Positions 41,020-51,190 are shown, counted from the first letter of the stretch. The stretch is DNA of 64,000 bases from Candidatus Cloacimonadales bacterium (GCA_963662585.1 OY759729.1:608001-672000); one strand, 5' to 3'. Notes: generated from the sequence alone by a model not told the origin. A program made the numbers and translations.

Positions 41020-41270
41020 GAGAATTGAGAATTTTAAGAAAATTTTCACACGAATTAACGCGAATGTAGGGGCGTATTGCCATACGCCTTCTTGAATTTT
41101 CACGAATTAAGAAAGTGCCCTTAACACAGAGTTAAGATGAGTTGTAAGAGGAGTTTCACAGAGTTTTAAGAATGTGACCAGACTTCTTCTGTCGGAAGGT
41201 GGACAACCTGTCCGCCCTAACTGGGAATGCGGGTATCTTGCCCGCGACCAGCAATTAATGCTGGTCTTGA
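41020..41270. repeat. Mixed REP-like palindromes and short direct repeats
   Basis: ttgagaa x2, ttttcac(ac)gaattaa x2, gtaggggcgtattgccatacgcc, ggtggacaacctgtccgcc, gcgggtatcttgcccgc and gaccagcaattaatgctggtc. Confidence 0.7.
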
Positions 41271-41277
41271 AAGCTTT

Positions 41278-41447
41278 TCCCCTCTGAGAGGGAGACACAG
41301 GGGGGTATTTCTTCTTAAAAGCGAATGAATATTCGCCCCTACAAATCCCCCTCCGTGAGGGGGACACAGGGGGTGTTTCTTTTTTAAAAGCGAATGAATA
41401 TTCACCCCTACAAATCCCCCTCCGTGAGGGGGACACAGGGGGTGTTT
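41278..41447. repeat. 69-bp tandem repeat, about 2.5 copies, built from two hairpin modules
   Basis: Units start at 41278, 41347 and 41416: ccccctccgtgagggggacacagggggtgtttc...aaaagcgaatgaatattcRcccctacaaat. Confidence 0.92.
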
Positions 41448-41458
41448 TCTGATAGAAT

Positions 41459-42748
41459 GTGTTAAATGTATTTATAAACAGAAAGAGGCTTATAATGACA
41501 AAGAAAATCTACTTTTCCTTAGTTTTACTCTACTTATCTTCACTATTATCAGCGTATATGACAATAGATAACGAAGTTTTTCTAAAAGTTCTAGTTAAAT
41601 TGGACAATACTATCACCTTGAATACAGATGGATTATTATTCATTAATGGACACGAGTATCAGAGTAAAAAGATAAAAATTCATTCTCTTTCTAAAGGACA
41701 AGTTAAAATCTCATTAGATAAGCAGTCTTTTTCTGATGAAGCTCATAAATTTGAGATTTCTCTAACAGGGAATTATTATGTTCTAGGCTCTAAAGAACAG
41801 CAATTCTCTGGAGATATTCACTTGAGAGAACACAAGGGGAAAATCGCAGTAATGAGTTTAATGAATTTAGAATCATATACCCGATTCGTTGTTGTTAGTG
41901 AAATAGGCTCTGGTGCACCTGCAGAAGCACTTAAATCCCAAGCAGTTATTGCCAGGACTTACGCCATATATATGTCGATGAAAAATAGCAATTATCCCTG
42001 GGATTTAAGAGCTGATACATATTCACAGGTTTTTAATACTAAGAAAAAGGTTCCTCAGAATGTTATTGATGCCACCAATGCTACTGCTTATATGTTAGTT
42101 ACTTACCAAGAAGAAGTCGCCTTTACACCTTTTAACAGTTATGGAGCTGGTTATCTAGCTGATGTTAAAGATGTTTGGGGAGCTAGCAATTTCCCTTATT
42201 TAAGTAATAAATCAGATGTTGATTATCTTAACAGAAAGCAAATGAGCAATTACTCTGTAGTTGAAGATTGGATAAGAAAAGATCCTGCTAAAGTTTATAA
42301 ATACTATGACAAATTACCTAACTGGATAAAAGACAGCTATCAATGGAAGCGAAGAATTTCCCTTAGTCAAGTAGCGAGTAAAGGTAAGTTTTCTAAAGTA
42401 TATTCTGCCAAAGTTGAGGCAAGAGATAAGTCAGGAAGAATTAGTAAAATTTCTTTTAGTACAGCTTCAGGAAAAGAAAATGTCACATCTCAGGATAGAA
42501 TAAGAGCTATTTTAGGAGGTATTCCCTCTACTTTAGCAATCATTAAAGTTAGTGGAAATGAATTAATTATCGAAGGTAAGGGATACGGTCATGGAGTTGG
42601 TTTTTGTCAGTCAGGAGGATATTTAAAATCCTACGCTGGTTGGGATTATACAAGAATAATCAAACACTACTACCCTGGATGTGAGATTACAAGTAATTAC
42701 TTTTTTGATGATTTAGAAGAGGATGGGTTAGAATCCTTATTTAATTAA
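41459..42748 (+). CDS. SpoIID/LytB-domain lytic transglycosylase (likely start ATG 41495)
   Basis: EALKSQAVIARTYA, SQV and GKGYGHGVGFCQSG...HYYPG motifs; RBS aagagg before 41495; signal peptide. Confidence 0.92.
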   Translation: MLNVFINRKRLIMTKKIYFSLVLLYLSSLLSAYMTIDNEVFLKVLVKLDNTITLNTDGLLFINGHEYQSKKIKIHSLSKGQVKISLDKQSFSDEAHKFEISLTGNYYVLGSKEQQFSGDIHLREHKGKIAVMSLMNLESYTRFVVVSEIGSGAPAEALKSQAVIARTYAIYMSMKNSNYPWDLRADTYSQVFNTKKKVPQNVIDATNATAYMLVTYQEEVAFTPFNSYGAGYLADVKDVWGASNFPYLSNKSDVDYLNRKQMSNYSVVEDWIRKDPAKVYKYYDKLPNWIKDSYQWKRRISLSQVASKGKFSKVYSAKVEARDKSGRISKISFSTASGKENVTSQDRIRAILGGIPSTLAIIKVSGNELIIEGKGYGHGVGFCQSGGYLKSYAGWDYTRIIKHYYPGCEITSNYFFDDLEEDGLESLFN

Positions 42749-42864
42749 GGAATATTTTTGTCAGGGATAAGAGCGAAAACCTCTTCTGTCATAAGGTAAG
42801 TCCATATTTACCATAATCTTTGACACTCTTTTAAGTAAAGTGGGTATTAGAAAAAAAGTAATAT

Positions 42865-42979
42865 GGCAAGGGACTTCGGGCGAAAAAAAGTGTCGGAAGT
42901 CGCTACTCCGTGAGCAACTCCCGTCAAAATAGTTGGAGACCGGAGTTCCTCAGCCGTAGGCAAGGGACTTCGGACGAAA
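42865..42979. repeat. 21-bp direct repeat pair in a GC-rich REP-like intergenic tract
   Basis: ggcaagggacttcggRcgaaa at 42865-42885 and 42959-42979. Confidence 0.8.
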
Positions 42980-42997
42980 GTGAGGAGCAATATCTTA

Positions 42998-44083
42998 TTA
43001 AAAATAATAAACCAAGAGCACATCATTATCTATAAGCTCTGTAGAATAAAGAGTAAGCTCTTTCTTGGCAGTAATATCAGCAACCCCAATATCTTTAAAA
43101 GAACTATTATTACCTCCGATTAAAGAGGGAGCAATAAAATAGTAGAGTTTATCGACTAATCCTTCTTTGACAAATGAAGAGACTAAGCGAGGACCTGCCT
43201 CAACCATCACAAGGGAGATATATTCTTCTTTGAGCTCTTTAAGAATATTCTTGAGAATAAAAATATTCCCAACACTTTCTGAACTTCTAATTTGAATATT
43301 ATATTCTCTTAATCTATCAGCTTTTTCTTTCTTTAAATTATGTGAAGCAGTATAGATGATAGTTTTAATTCCCTGAGAAGATTGAACTAATTTAGTATCT
43401 AGTCTTATCTCTAGATCATAATCTAAGACTATTCTAAGAGGATTTTTACCAGAATAGCCTTCAAGCCGGACATTGAACATGGCATCATCTTTGTTCACAG
43501 TAGTAACTCCAGTGATAATAGCATCAGCTTCAGCTCTTAATTCATGTACTCTTCGGCGAGATTTAGGATTAGTTATCCATTTAGAATTACCAGAATCATC
43601 GGCTATTTTACCATCGATGGAGACTGCACTTTTGATAAAAACAAAGGGTCTATCTTCTTGGATATAAGTTAGAAAATACTCTAATTGATGTCTTATTTCG
43701 GTAGTCATAAGATTATATTTAACTTCAATCCCTGCAGTTTCTAACATAGTAATTCCTTTGCCTGAGACTTGAGGATTGGGGTCTTTAATACCTATAAAAA
43801 CTCTCTTTACTCCAGCTTCTTTGATTGCTAAAGCACAAGGTGGAGTTTTACCATAATGAGAACAAGGCTCTAAGGTAACATAGAGGTCAGCTCCCTTGGC
43901 TAAGTTTCCTGCTTTCTTTAAAGCTTGAACCTCGGCATGATCCTGTCCCCAAGGCTGAGTAAAGCCTTCTCCAACAATTAGACCATCTTTTACGATAACA
44001 CAACCAACAAAAGGATTTGGAGAAGATTTTCCGCGTGCATTCTCAGCAATTTGAATAGCTCGTTTAAGATAAGAAAGATCCAT
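42998..44083 (-). CDS. ribD: Bifunctional riboflavin deaminase/reductase
   Basis: PNPFVG, HAE, TLEPCSHYGKTPPC and SIDGK motifs. Confidence 0.97.
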   Translation of the reverse strand: MDLSYLKRAIQIAENARGKSSPNPFVGCVIVKDGLIVGEGFTQPWGQDHAEVQALKKAGNLAKGADLYVTLEPCSHYGKTPPCALAIKEAGVKRVFIGIKDPNPQVSGKGITMLETAGIEVKYNLMTTEIRHQLEYFLTYIQEDRPFVFIKSAVSIDGKIADDSGNSKWITNPKSRRRVHELRAEADAIITGVTTVNKDDAMFNVRLEGYSGKNPLRIVLDYDLEIRLDTKLVQSSQGIKTIIYTASHNLKKEKADRLREYNIQIRSSESVGNIFILKNILKELKEEYISLVMVEAGPRLVSSFVKEGLVDKLYYFIAPSLIGGNNSSFKDIGVADITAKKELTLYSTELIDNDVLLVYYF

Positions 44084-45294
44084 TAGACCTCCTTTCCATC
44101 CTCTTTAAGTTGTCTTTTCACGATATCATAATTCTTTTGAGCAATATCATAGTCAGGATTAAGCTTTATACACTTTTCTAAATATTCTAAGGCTTGTTTC
44201 CACTCTTGCTTTTCAATATGTAAAATTGCTAAATTATTAATAGATTTAACTTCATTAGGATTAATTTCTAAGACTCTATGATAAATTTCCCTTGCTTGAT
44301 CATTCTTCTTTTCAACTTGATAAATAAAACCAATGTTATAAAGAGGTTCAGCAAATGTCGGATCTAGAATATAAGAGATTTCAAAGTGTTTTTTTGCTTC
44401 TTTGATGTTTTCACTGATTGAGTGAAATAAACCCCAGTAGTATTCAATATCTGAAGAATCTGGATAAATCATACTATAACGGTAACATAGTTCAAAAACC
44501 TCTTCCATTTCATTTTTACTAAACATTGTAGCAATATGTTTAATAGCTGTATCTTCTCCGTAAAATAATTGAGGATCACCTATAATTCTGCTTTTAAGCT
44601 TCCACTCCTCCCCTACCTGAATAACATTTAGAGTGATATCTGCTTTTTTATTTATATCAAAGTGAATCAATGCTTCTTTATTTTCTTTGTTCAAAGATGA
44701 ACTCACCAAAGAGAATTGTTTGATCTTTTTGAAGAAAGTAAATTTTTTATTTCTTTTAAGGAAGAGATTCTTATTTTCTTCTGATTGAAGTTGCTCTTGA
44801 TGATAGTAATGTTTAAGGAAAGTATCCCAGTCTTGATCTAGTAAAATATTCATTATATTAACAGCAAAGCTTTCAAAACTATTTATAGTTGGTAACTCTA
44901 CTTTAGGTAATTTGAGCTTCTGTCTCATTTTATTTAAAGGTAGAGTATCTAAAAATCTTATCTTAGAAAAATACTCTTCTAAAGCAACTCTTCCCTCTTC
45001 TGTCAAAGATAATTCTAGCGGAGATAAATCTCCAATTTCAGGATGTATTTTCATAGTCCAGATATCAAAAAGTCTAAGCACTAAGTCGTTAGCTTCTTCT
45101 ATTGAATCACTCTTAATATTAAACTCAAGACTTTGTGTTGGTGGAAGAAAATACGCACAGGCAGAAGGACAAGTCATATCAAAACGCATACTATTACAGC
45201 ATTGCCAACCAATCATCTTTCCTGTTCTAGGACATTCTCTTACAGCTTTCTCTTCCTTACAAACTTTGCACCTATTCTTGCTAAATAAACTCAA
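44083..45294 (-). CDS. Multidomain protein: Cys-rich N-terminal Zn-binding motif, middle domains, C-terminal TPRs
   Basis: CKVC...CP...CC...CPSAC at the N terminus; TPR consensus (YNIGFIY, NNLAIL) at the C terminus. Confidence 0.75.
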   Translation of the reverse strand: MSLFSKNRCKVCKEEKAVRECPRTGKMIGWQCCNSMRFDMTCPSACAYFLPPTQSLEFNIKSDSIEEANDLVLRLFDIWTMKIHPEIGDLSPLELSLTEEGRVALEEYFSKIRFLDTLPLNKMRQKLKLPKVELPTINSFESFAVNIMNILLDQDWDTFLKHYYHQEQLQSEENKNLFLKRNKKFTFFKKIKQFSLVSSSLNKENKEALIHFDINKKADITLNVIQVGEEWKLKSRIIGDPQLFYGEDTAIKHIATMFSKNEMEEVFELCYRYSMIYPDSSDIEYYWGLFHSISENIKEAKKHFEISYILDPTFAEPLYNIGFIYQVEKKNDQAREIYHRVLEINPNEVKSINNLAILHIEKQEWKQALEYLEKCIKLNPDYDIAQKNYDIVKRQLKEDGKEV

Positions 45295-46064
45295 TCTATC
45301 TCCTCTAACATAGGGGGCATAACTCTTTTAAACTTGGATTTATTATATAAATTTTTAACAATCAATAAATCTTGAGGGCTTATCCCTTGATCTAAAATTA
45401 AATCATCAGCCAATCCAAGCTCATATTTAAGAAATAAAATCTCATCTAATTGAAGATAGGAAATACCCATCTCCTGTTCATCTGTTTGATCAGACCATAA
45501 ATCAGCTGTAGGTTTTTTGTTGATAACAACTTCAGGGACTCCTAAAATTCTTGACATTTCCCAAACTTCACTTTTATAAAGATGTCCTAAAGGCTCGAAA
45601 GCACATGCTGAATCACCATATTGAGTGCAATATCCTGTCAACAATTCAGATTTATTACCAGTACCTACCACTAAAGCATGATATTTAGCAGAGAAATCAT
45701 AAAGAACTATCATTCTCATTCTGGCCATGCAATTCCCTTTTCTTAAGGAATCAGCATCCTCATCATAATTAGTAAAATAAGCATCAACCATAGGAGTTAT
45801 ATCTACTTTATGATACTTAATACCAAAATGGTCAGCGACAATCTTTGCATCATTAAAACTAGCTTCAGAACTAGCTTTATATGGTAACATCACTCCAAGA
45901 ACATTCTCTTTTCCAATAGCTTTCACAGCTAAAGCAGCAGATAGTGCTGAATCAATTCCACCTGATAAGCCTATAATTAATTTTGACTGCCCACTTTTTT
46001 TCAAAATGTCTTTAATAAAATCAACTGTTCTTATAATCTCTAGATTTAAATCTCTATTTCTCAT
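45291..46064 (-). CDS. nadE: NH3-dependent NAD+ synthetase
   Basis: GLSGGIDS, ARMRM, GTGNKSE and PTADLW motifs. Confidence 0.97.
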   Translation of the reverse strand: MRNRDLNLEIIRTVDFIKDILKKSGQSKLIIGLSGGIDSALSAALAVKAIGKENVLGVMLPYKASSEASFNDAKIVADHFGIKYHKVDITPMVDAYFTNYDEDADSLRKGNCMARMRMIVLYDFSAKYHALVVGTGNKSELLTGYCTQYGDSACAFEPLGHLYKSEVWEMSRILGVPEVVINKKPTADLWSDQTDEQEMGISYLQLDEILFLKYELGLADDLILDQGISPQDLLIVKNLYNKSKFKRVMPPMLEEID

Positions 46065-46076
46065 TATTTCTCCAAT

Positions 46077-46119
46077 AAAAAAGATGTTTTACTCTTGAAT
46101 CTCAAAAATAAAACATCTT
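46077..46119 (-). terminator. Hairpin/terminator after nifU
   Basis: aagatgtttta...taaaacatctt with a U-tract on the minus strand. Confidence 0.6.
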
Positions 46120-46131
46120 GCATTAAATTAT

Positions 46132-46362
46132 TTATCTTACTTGAACTACTTCTTTTACTTCTGGTATCTCGTCTTTAAGAACTCTTTCAATACCGGCCTT
46201 TAAAGTTAATGTAGCCATAGGACAGCTTCCACAAGCACCCTGTAATCTAACTTCAATTACATTATCTTCACGGATATTAACTAATTCGCAATCTCCGCCA
46301 TCTGCCTGTAAGGAAGGTCTTACCATATCAAGAACTTCTTGTACTCTTTTCTTATCTAACAT
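46132..46362 (-). CDS. nifU: NifU/NfuA C-terminal-type Fe-S carrier
   Basis: [11 protein letters not shown]...LQGACGSCP. Confidence 0.93.
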   Translation of the reverse strand: MLDKKRVQEVLDMVRPSLQADGGDCELVNIREDNVIEVRLQGACGSCPMATLTLKAGIERVLKDEIPEVKEVVQVR

Positions 46363-46499
46363 CGTTCCTCCACTTTATTATTTATTATTTGTTTTATCTA
46401 ATTATAGTCAAGACCAATTATTTGACCACATTTATTTAGTCAATATTTATTAAACCTAAACAGTGCTGAAGACTTTCACGATTAGAATTGGTAGTTATA

Positions 46500-47408
46500 T
46501 TAAGCGTGCTTCTTGCTTATGTTAATAATTGCTAGAACCATCACAGCTGCACTAATCATTTGAATTACTGATAGTTTATTCCCATTAATAAGATAATCAA
46601 AAGCTATAGAAGAGATTGGGAAAAGAAGTTCAGCAATTGTTGAAACAATAGCTTTAACTCTCTTTAATCCATAATTATATAAGAAAATAGAGCCAGCCCC
46701 AGCAGTCAAAGAAATTAAAAAGAAGTAGAGCCAGTTTATCTTCGTAGCTATATGAACATAAGAAAACCTACCTGTTGAAAAGACGAAAATACCTACAAAG
46801 AGACTTGTGAAGAAATATCTAAAATAGGTTACTTCCTTAAAATTTAGATTTATGAGTGACTTCTTGCTAAAGACTGTCCCAGCTCCAAAGGAGAAGGCTG
46901 CCAATAAAGAATATAAAGATGCTTGAATAAGATTTGCTTGCTCTGATAACTTGGGTAGATGATTCTCGAAAGTTAAGAAATATCCGCCCAAAATGGCTAT
47001 TAATGCCCAAATCCAGAATCTTTTGTCCGGCTTCTCTTTAAGAAATATCATAGCTAAAATGATAGCAAACAAAGGTTGAAGTTTCTGAAGTATAACTATT
47101 ACTGAGAGATGATCAAACCTAACTAAAAATAAAGCTTTTACTATAGCTATTGTACCTAATGCTCCCCCAAAGAAAGATAAGGTCCATAAACTTAATACAT
47201 CTCGAAACTTATAGTTAAAGAAGTTTTTCCAATAACTTATAAAAATTGGAGTTAAAATAATTGTTGGTATTGCATGTAAAACAAAAACAACAAATGGTAC
47301 ATCTAAATTAAAGAGCTTTGGAGTTAGAGCTATTCCATCTAATCCCCAAGCTATGGCGGCAATTGAAATGGCAATAACGCCTAATATTTCAGGTTTAAAA
47401 AGTTTCAT
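46500..47408 (-). CDS. DMT/EamA-family transporter
   Basis: Ten hydrophobic helices in two EamA repeats; LQKLQPLF...LKEK. Confidence 0.88.
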   Translation of the reverse strand: MKLFKPEILGVIAISIAAIAWGLDGIALTPKLFNLDVPFVVFVLHAIPTIILTPIFISYWKNFFNYKFRDVLSLWTLSFFGGALGTIAIVKALFLVRFDHLSVIVILQKLQPLFAIILAMIFLKEKPDKRFWIWALIAILGGYFLTFENHLPKLSEQANLIQASLYSLLAAFSFGAGTVFSKKSLINLNFKEVTYFRYFFTSLFVGIFVFSTGRFSYVHIATKINWLYFFLISLTAGAGSIFLYNYGLKRVKAIVSTIAELLFPISSIAFDYLINGNKLSVIQMISAAVMVLAIINISKKHA

Positions 47409-47515
47409 GGTTTTCCTTCGAAGTTTTAAATATATTTATCTTAAAGTTTAATTTTATAGAAGTATTAGCATATATCACTTATATGGGAATTAACAACAAA
47501 TTAATTATTTAATAA

Positions 47516-48145
47516 TTATTTTAGTATTTCGTGAATAAGTTTATACATTGTAGTCCATACTTCGTTACTGTTACTATTTAAATGGCGTAAATGCTGTTCT
47601 TCTGCTAAGGCAGTAGCTTTCTTTAGACTCCTCATAGGATTATCAATTGGTCTTTTCTTTTTATATTGAGGGTCATACCTTTTCAATATTGTGATTATAC
47701 TGTCGCATGTTTCCTTTTCTCCAAATTCAATTTCAGTTAGTGATTCTAAATAATGAAGGAGTATCCACACTTCAAAACAAGGAGAACTGATTATCAAGTT
47801 AATTCCACTTGAGTCAAACTTTTCCATTATTGGATCTAGATCACCCCATTCATTATCAATTACAGCCCAAAAAGAATCTATCGAGCGATATTCTAAAGTT
47901 CTCTTTTTGTCAATAATGCTTTTAAGCACATGTATAGGAGCTGAGTTACCTTTTTCATTAGCTTTCCTGGTAACTATCTCAAATGGATGAACCTTAGTAA
48001 CATTAGATTTCAACTTATCAAAATACTTCTTTTCTGTTTTATGACCTTCACAAGCAATGTAAAAAAATTTACGAAAATCCTTATCTTTTTCATAACTGAA
48101 CATATTTTCTACGCTAAGAATTGGCCTTTGGGGTACCATAATCAC
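47516..48145 (-). CDS. RloB-family (TOPRIM-like) protein
   Basis: IACEGHKTEKKYF, WAVID and SSPCFEVWILLHY motifs. Confidence 0.9.
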   Translation of the reverse strand: MIMVPQRPILSVENMFSYEKDKDFRKFFYIACEGHKTEKKYFDKLKSNVTKVHPFEIVTRKANEKGNSAPIHVLKSIIDKKRTLEYRSIDSFWAVIDNEWGDLDPIMEKFDSSGINLIISSPCFEVWILLHYLESLTEIEFGEKETCDSIITILKRYDPQYKKKRPIDNPMRSLKKATALAEEQHLRHLNSNSNEVWTTMYKLIHEILK

Positions 48146-49467
48146 CTACCAGTTACATTAAAAATTGGTACTGCATCAAATCTACCATTAAGATAGTCAT
48201 TGATGATTTTTTTGTCGTACCTTTGTTTAAACTGATAAAGACAATAAAATTCAGATGCTTTATGTTCATTTTTTCTCACATACCAGATTTCATCATCACG
48301 AAATTGTTCTAAATCCATGAGATTAGTATCATGTGTAGTTGCGATTAACTGACATGCTCTACCTTCTGTAATTTTGTAAAATAATTCAAAAAGTTTTTTG
48401 GTTAACAAAGTATGAAAACTTCGATCAATCTCATCTACAATATAAATAGCCTTGTTTTCTTTCATATCAATAAGCATTGGAACCAAATCTAAAAGCCTTC
48501 TTGTTCCATCAGACTCTTCTGACAAATCAAACTTAATCTCATCATCAGTATAACTTTTTCTACATAACATTAACTTGTTTATGTCAATCTTTCCATCTTT
48601 TAAAGAGATGGTAAAGTACTCTGAATTTGAAATTCTTACTAATGATGAAGTATTTTGCTTTAGGTTTTTCTTAATATCATCAATGAATTCTTTAAGAATC
48701 AATCCATTACTACTATCCAAGGAGATTGGGATATTCTTAAAACATTCAATATCTATACCTAATTCATTTAGAATCTGAACAAAGTCATTTAGAAATTGTT
48801 CATTCCTCATAATAGGTAAAGGATTAAATATTTTGGTAGAAGGATAGATAACTTTTATATTTTTGAACCAATTAATTACATTCTTAATATCAGAATGAAG
48901 GTTTTTAACAGGACTTTTGGATAATGTAGTAAGCAATAATTGATTATCCATAGTTGCTTTAGTAGAAAATTTCATAAATTCTTTTTCTTCTACATTTTTA
49001 TTTATAACTTTGCCATAATCATAGTTCCGCGAATCAAAATTTGACTGTTCCATACCAAATATTAAATCTGATTTCTTATCTATAATTCTATAACACCATT
49101 CATCTAAAATTCTAACATTATTAACCTCAAAACCATAAGTATAATAATTACTATTAATATAAAAAGTAAACTCAAATAATGTGGAATCTTTCTTTTCTTC
49201 GTTCAGCTTAAATTTTGGAATATCTATAAATTCTTCATTTTGTGGACCCTTGATGATAAAAGAAGTAGCAGTATCAATTGCTCTAACCAAACTTGTTTTA
49301 CCAGCAGCATTTGCACCATATATAATTGCAGATTTGACTATTTGTGGCTTCTTTCTACCGTTCGAAAACACATGATTAGGTAAGCTTCGTGTAGGACTTT
49401 TGAATAGTGAGAATCTTATTTGATTATCAAAACTTAGAAAATTACTACAAACAAAATTAATTAGCAT
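48142..49467 (-). CDS. AAA_21/RloA-type ATPase
   Basis: NFLSF, Walker A GANAAGKT, signature ESDGTRR, Walker B IVDEID and TTH motifs. Confidence 0.92.
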   Translation of the reverse strand: MLINFVCSNFLSFDNQIRFSLFKSPTRSLPNHVFSNGRKKPQIVKSAIIYGANAAGKTSLVRAIDTATSFIIKGPQNEEFIDIPKFKLNEEKKDSTLFEFTFYINSNYYTYGFEVNNVRILDEWCYRIIDKKSDLIFGMEQSNFDSRNYDYGKVINKNVEEKEFMKFSTKATMDNQLLLTTLSKSPVKNLHSDIKNVINWFKNIKVIYPSTKIFNPLPIMRNEQFLNDFVQILNELGIDIECFKNIPISLDSSNGLILKEFIDDIKKNLKQNTSSLVRISNSEYFTISLKDGKIDINKLMLCRKSYTDDEIKFDLSEESDGTRRLLDLVPMLIDMKENKAIYIVDEIDRSFHTLLTKKLFELFYKITEGRACQLIATTHDTNLMDLEQFRDDEIWYVRKNEHKASEFYCLYQFKQRYDKKIINDYLNGRFDAVPIFNVTGR

Positions 49468-49518
49468 TTCAACTCCTTTTTATAATCATCTTCTATGATT
49501 GAGATATTGTGTCAAGAT

Positions 49519-49556
49519 AAAAAAAGCATTTAATGAGATTTTTTCTCATTAAATGC
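49519..49556 (-). terminator. Terminator of the EPS operon
   Basis: gcatttaatgaga/tctcattaaatgc 13-bp stem with a U-tract on the minus strand. Confidence 0.8.
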
Positions 49557-49592
49557 CTGCATCCCCTTTATTAAAAATTATTATAGCTTAAA

Positions 49593-51188
49593 TTACACTT
49601 TTCTTAACTTTAGTTTTGTGGCAATAAATTCTTTGATTTGCTTCTTTTCCCATCCTTCAAAACCAATTAAGTAGAATATTGCAACATAAACAATTACTGA
49701 TATGGTTGAACTTAACAAGATTATCCAAATATTAACTGGTTCCACAAGGATATAGAGAGAAACTGCCACAGCTATATAAGCAATTGCAGCAATCTTAGTT
49801 TTTAGTATTGATATTTTAAGGAAATTCCACAAGGAAGTCTCGCAGAATTTAACTGCGATAGGTAGATTGAAAGTTATAGCAAGTATAATGTTCGGAATCA
49901 AGGTTCCTAGGGCAACACCAATAATTTCACCGTTAACAGGTAGTGCATAGCCAAAATAGGCAGTAATTGGTCGTAAATAGTGAATCAAAAAGACACTAAG
50001 GACCAAGTTAGCTACGCATTCAATTAAGGCTATCTTGGTCAGTTTTTTCTGTTCATTAGCCATTAACAACATATAAACCGATGTTGAACGATAAAAGAGG
50101 AGAACATACATTGAAATTAATAAAATAACAGCAACTATTACTCCGGTAATATCTTCCAATTCTAACCAAATTTTAAGAAGTGGTTTAACAAAAACTAAAA
50201 GTGGTATTAAGAAAAGCGTTGAAACAAAGCCCATTAAACGAGTAGATTGGATCATGATTTCAGCCATTTTACTCTTGTTTCCTGCTGCAAAAAGGGTAGC
50301 AGAAACAGGACCTAGATTATCCAAGAATTGCTTTGAGAAAGTTCTGAATGTTTCAGCTAATCTAGAAGAAATCTGATATATTGAGACTAAAGCCACAGAT
50401 CCAAAGATTGAAATTACTAACTGGTCTGTTTTGAAGATAATTAAATTTGTAAATGTTATTAGATAAGCATACATAGAGAAACCCATTACTGATTTCAGCA
50501 TTTTCCTATCATAATATCTCCATCTTATTTTTAACTCAGGGATTAGTCTATGAGAAATAAATCCCATTAGAATACTAGAAATAAAATTTGTACCAATAGC
50601 AACTAATGCCATCCAAACAAGAGGTTTATCTAATTTGAAGAAGTAAACAATAAGAATCATTCCTGCAAAATTTAGAATAGAAACTATTATTTCCACTATG
50701 TTTCTAAGGTGCAAAGCCTGCATTCCTCTCAGGATTTCGGTAAAGAATCCTATGGGAAATACTATCGAAGAACCTATTCCAAAAACTAAAAGAGCTTTTT
50801 TGTAGTATTCAATATTTGCCTCATCAAAGGAGAAAATATGCTGAATATTAAAAGCTAAAATTACTGAAACAAGCATTATAATTACAGAAACAAAGGTATA
50901 ATTAAAAAATACTGTGCTAACAATACGATTGAATTTATCCCAATCTTTAGTTACGATACTTTCAGAAGTATATTTCTGAATGGAAGCACCAAACCCGAAA
51001 TCTAATAAAAGAGAGTAACCAAATATTGACCATAAGAGTGCCCAAAATCCGTAATCTGAGCGACTGAGTCCTAAGAAAAGAACCCTTGTTAAAAAGATCG
51101 TTATCATCATTCCTATAACTAATTTACCGTAATTAGATAGAGTATTAACGATCATTCTTTTTCTTAAATTCAAATTATTATCTGTCAT
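49593..51188 (-). CDS. Wzx-type oligosaccharide flippase
   Basis: About 14 TM segments; YGFWALL...LLDFGFG and KTDQLVI motifs. Confidence 0.9.
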   Translation of the reverse strand: MTDNNLNLRKRMIVNTLSNYGKLVIGMMITIFLTRVLFLGLSRSDYGFWALLWSIFGYSLLLDFGFGASIQKYTSESIVTKDWDKFNRIVSTVFFNYTFVSVIIMLVSVILAFNIQHIFSFDEANIEYYKKALLVFGIGSSIVFPIGFFTEILRGMQALHLRNIVEIIVSILNFAGMILIVYFFKLDKPLVWMALVAIGTNFISSILMGFISHRLIPELKIRWRYYDRKMLKSVMGFSMYAYLITFTNLIIFKTDQLVISIFGSVALVSIYQISSRLAETFRTFSKQFLDNLGPVSATLFAAGNKSKMAEIMIQSTRLMGFVSTLFLIPLLVFVKPLLKIWLELEDITGVIVAVILLISMYVLLFYRSTSVYMLLMANEQKKLTKIALIECVANLVLSVFLIHYLRPITAYFGYALPVNGEIIGVALGTLIPNIILAITFNLPIAVKFCETSLWNFLKISILKTKIAAIAYIAVAVSLYILVEPVNIWIILLSSTISVIVYVAIFYLIGFEGWEKKQIKEFIATKLKLRKV

Positions 51189-51190
51189 TA

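Noticed and set aside
41107..41436. ORFs 41107..41436 and 41217..41405
   Set aside because: They are translations of the GC-rich repeats with duplicated peptides and no recognisable domain.
41278..41447. Possible CRISPR array
   Set aside because: The intervening sequences are near-identical rather than unique spacers, there are only ~2.5 units, and no cas genes are present. It is a tandem REP-like repeat.
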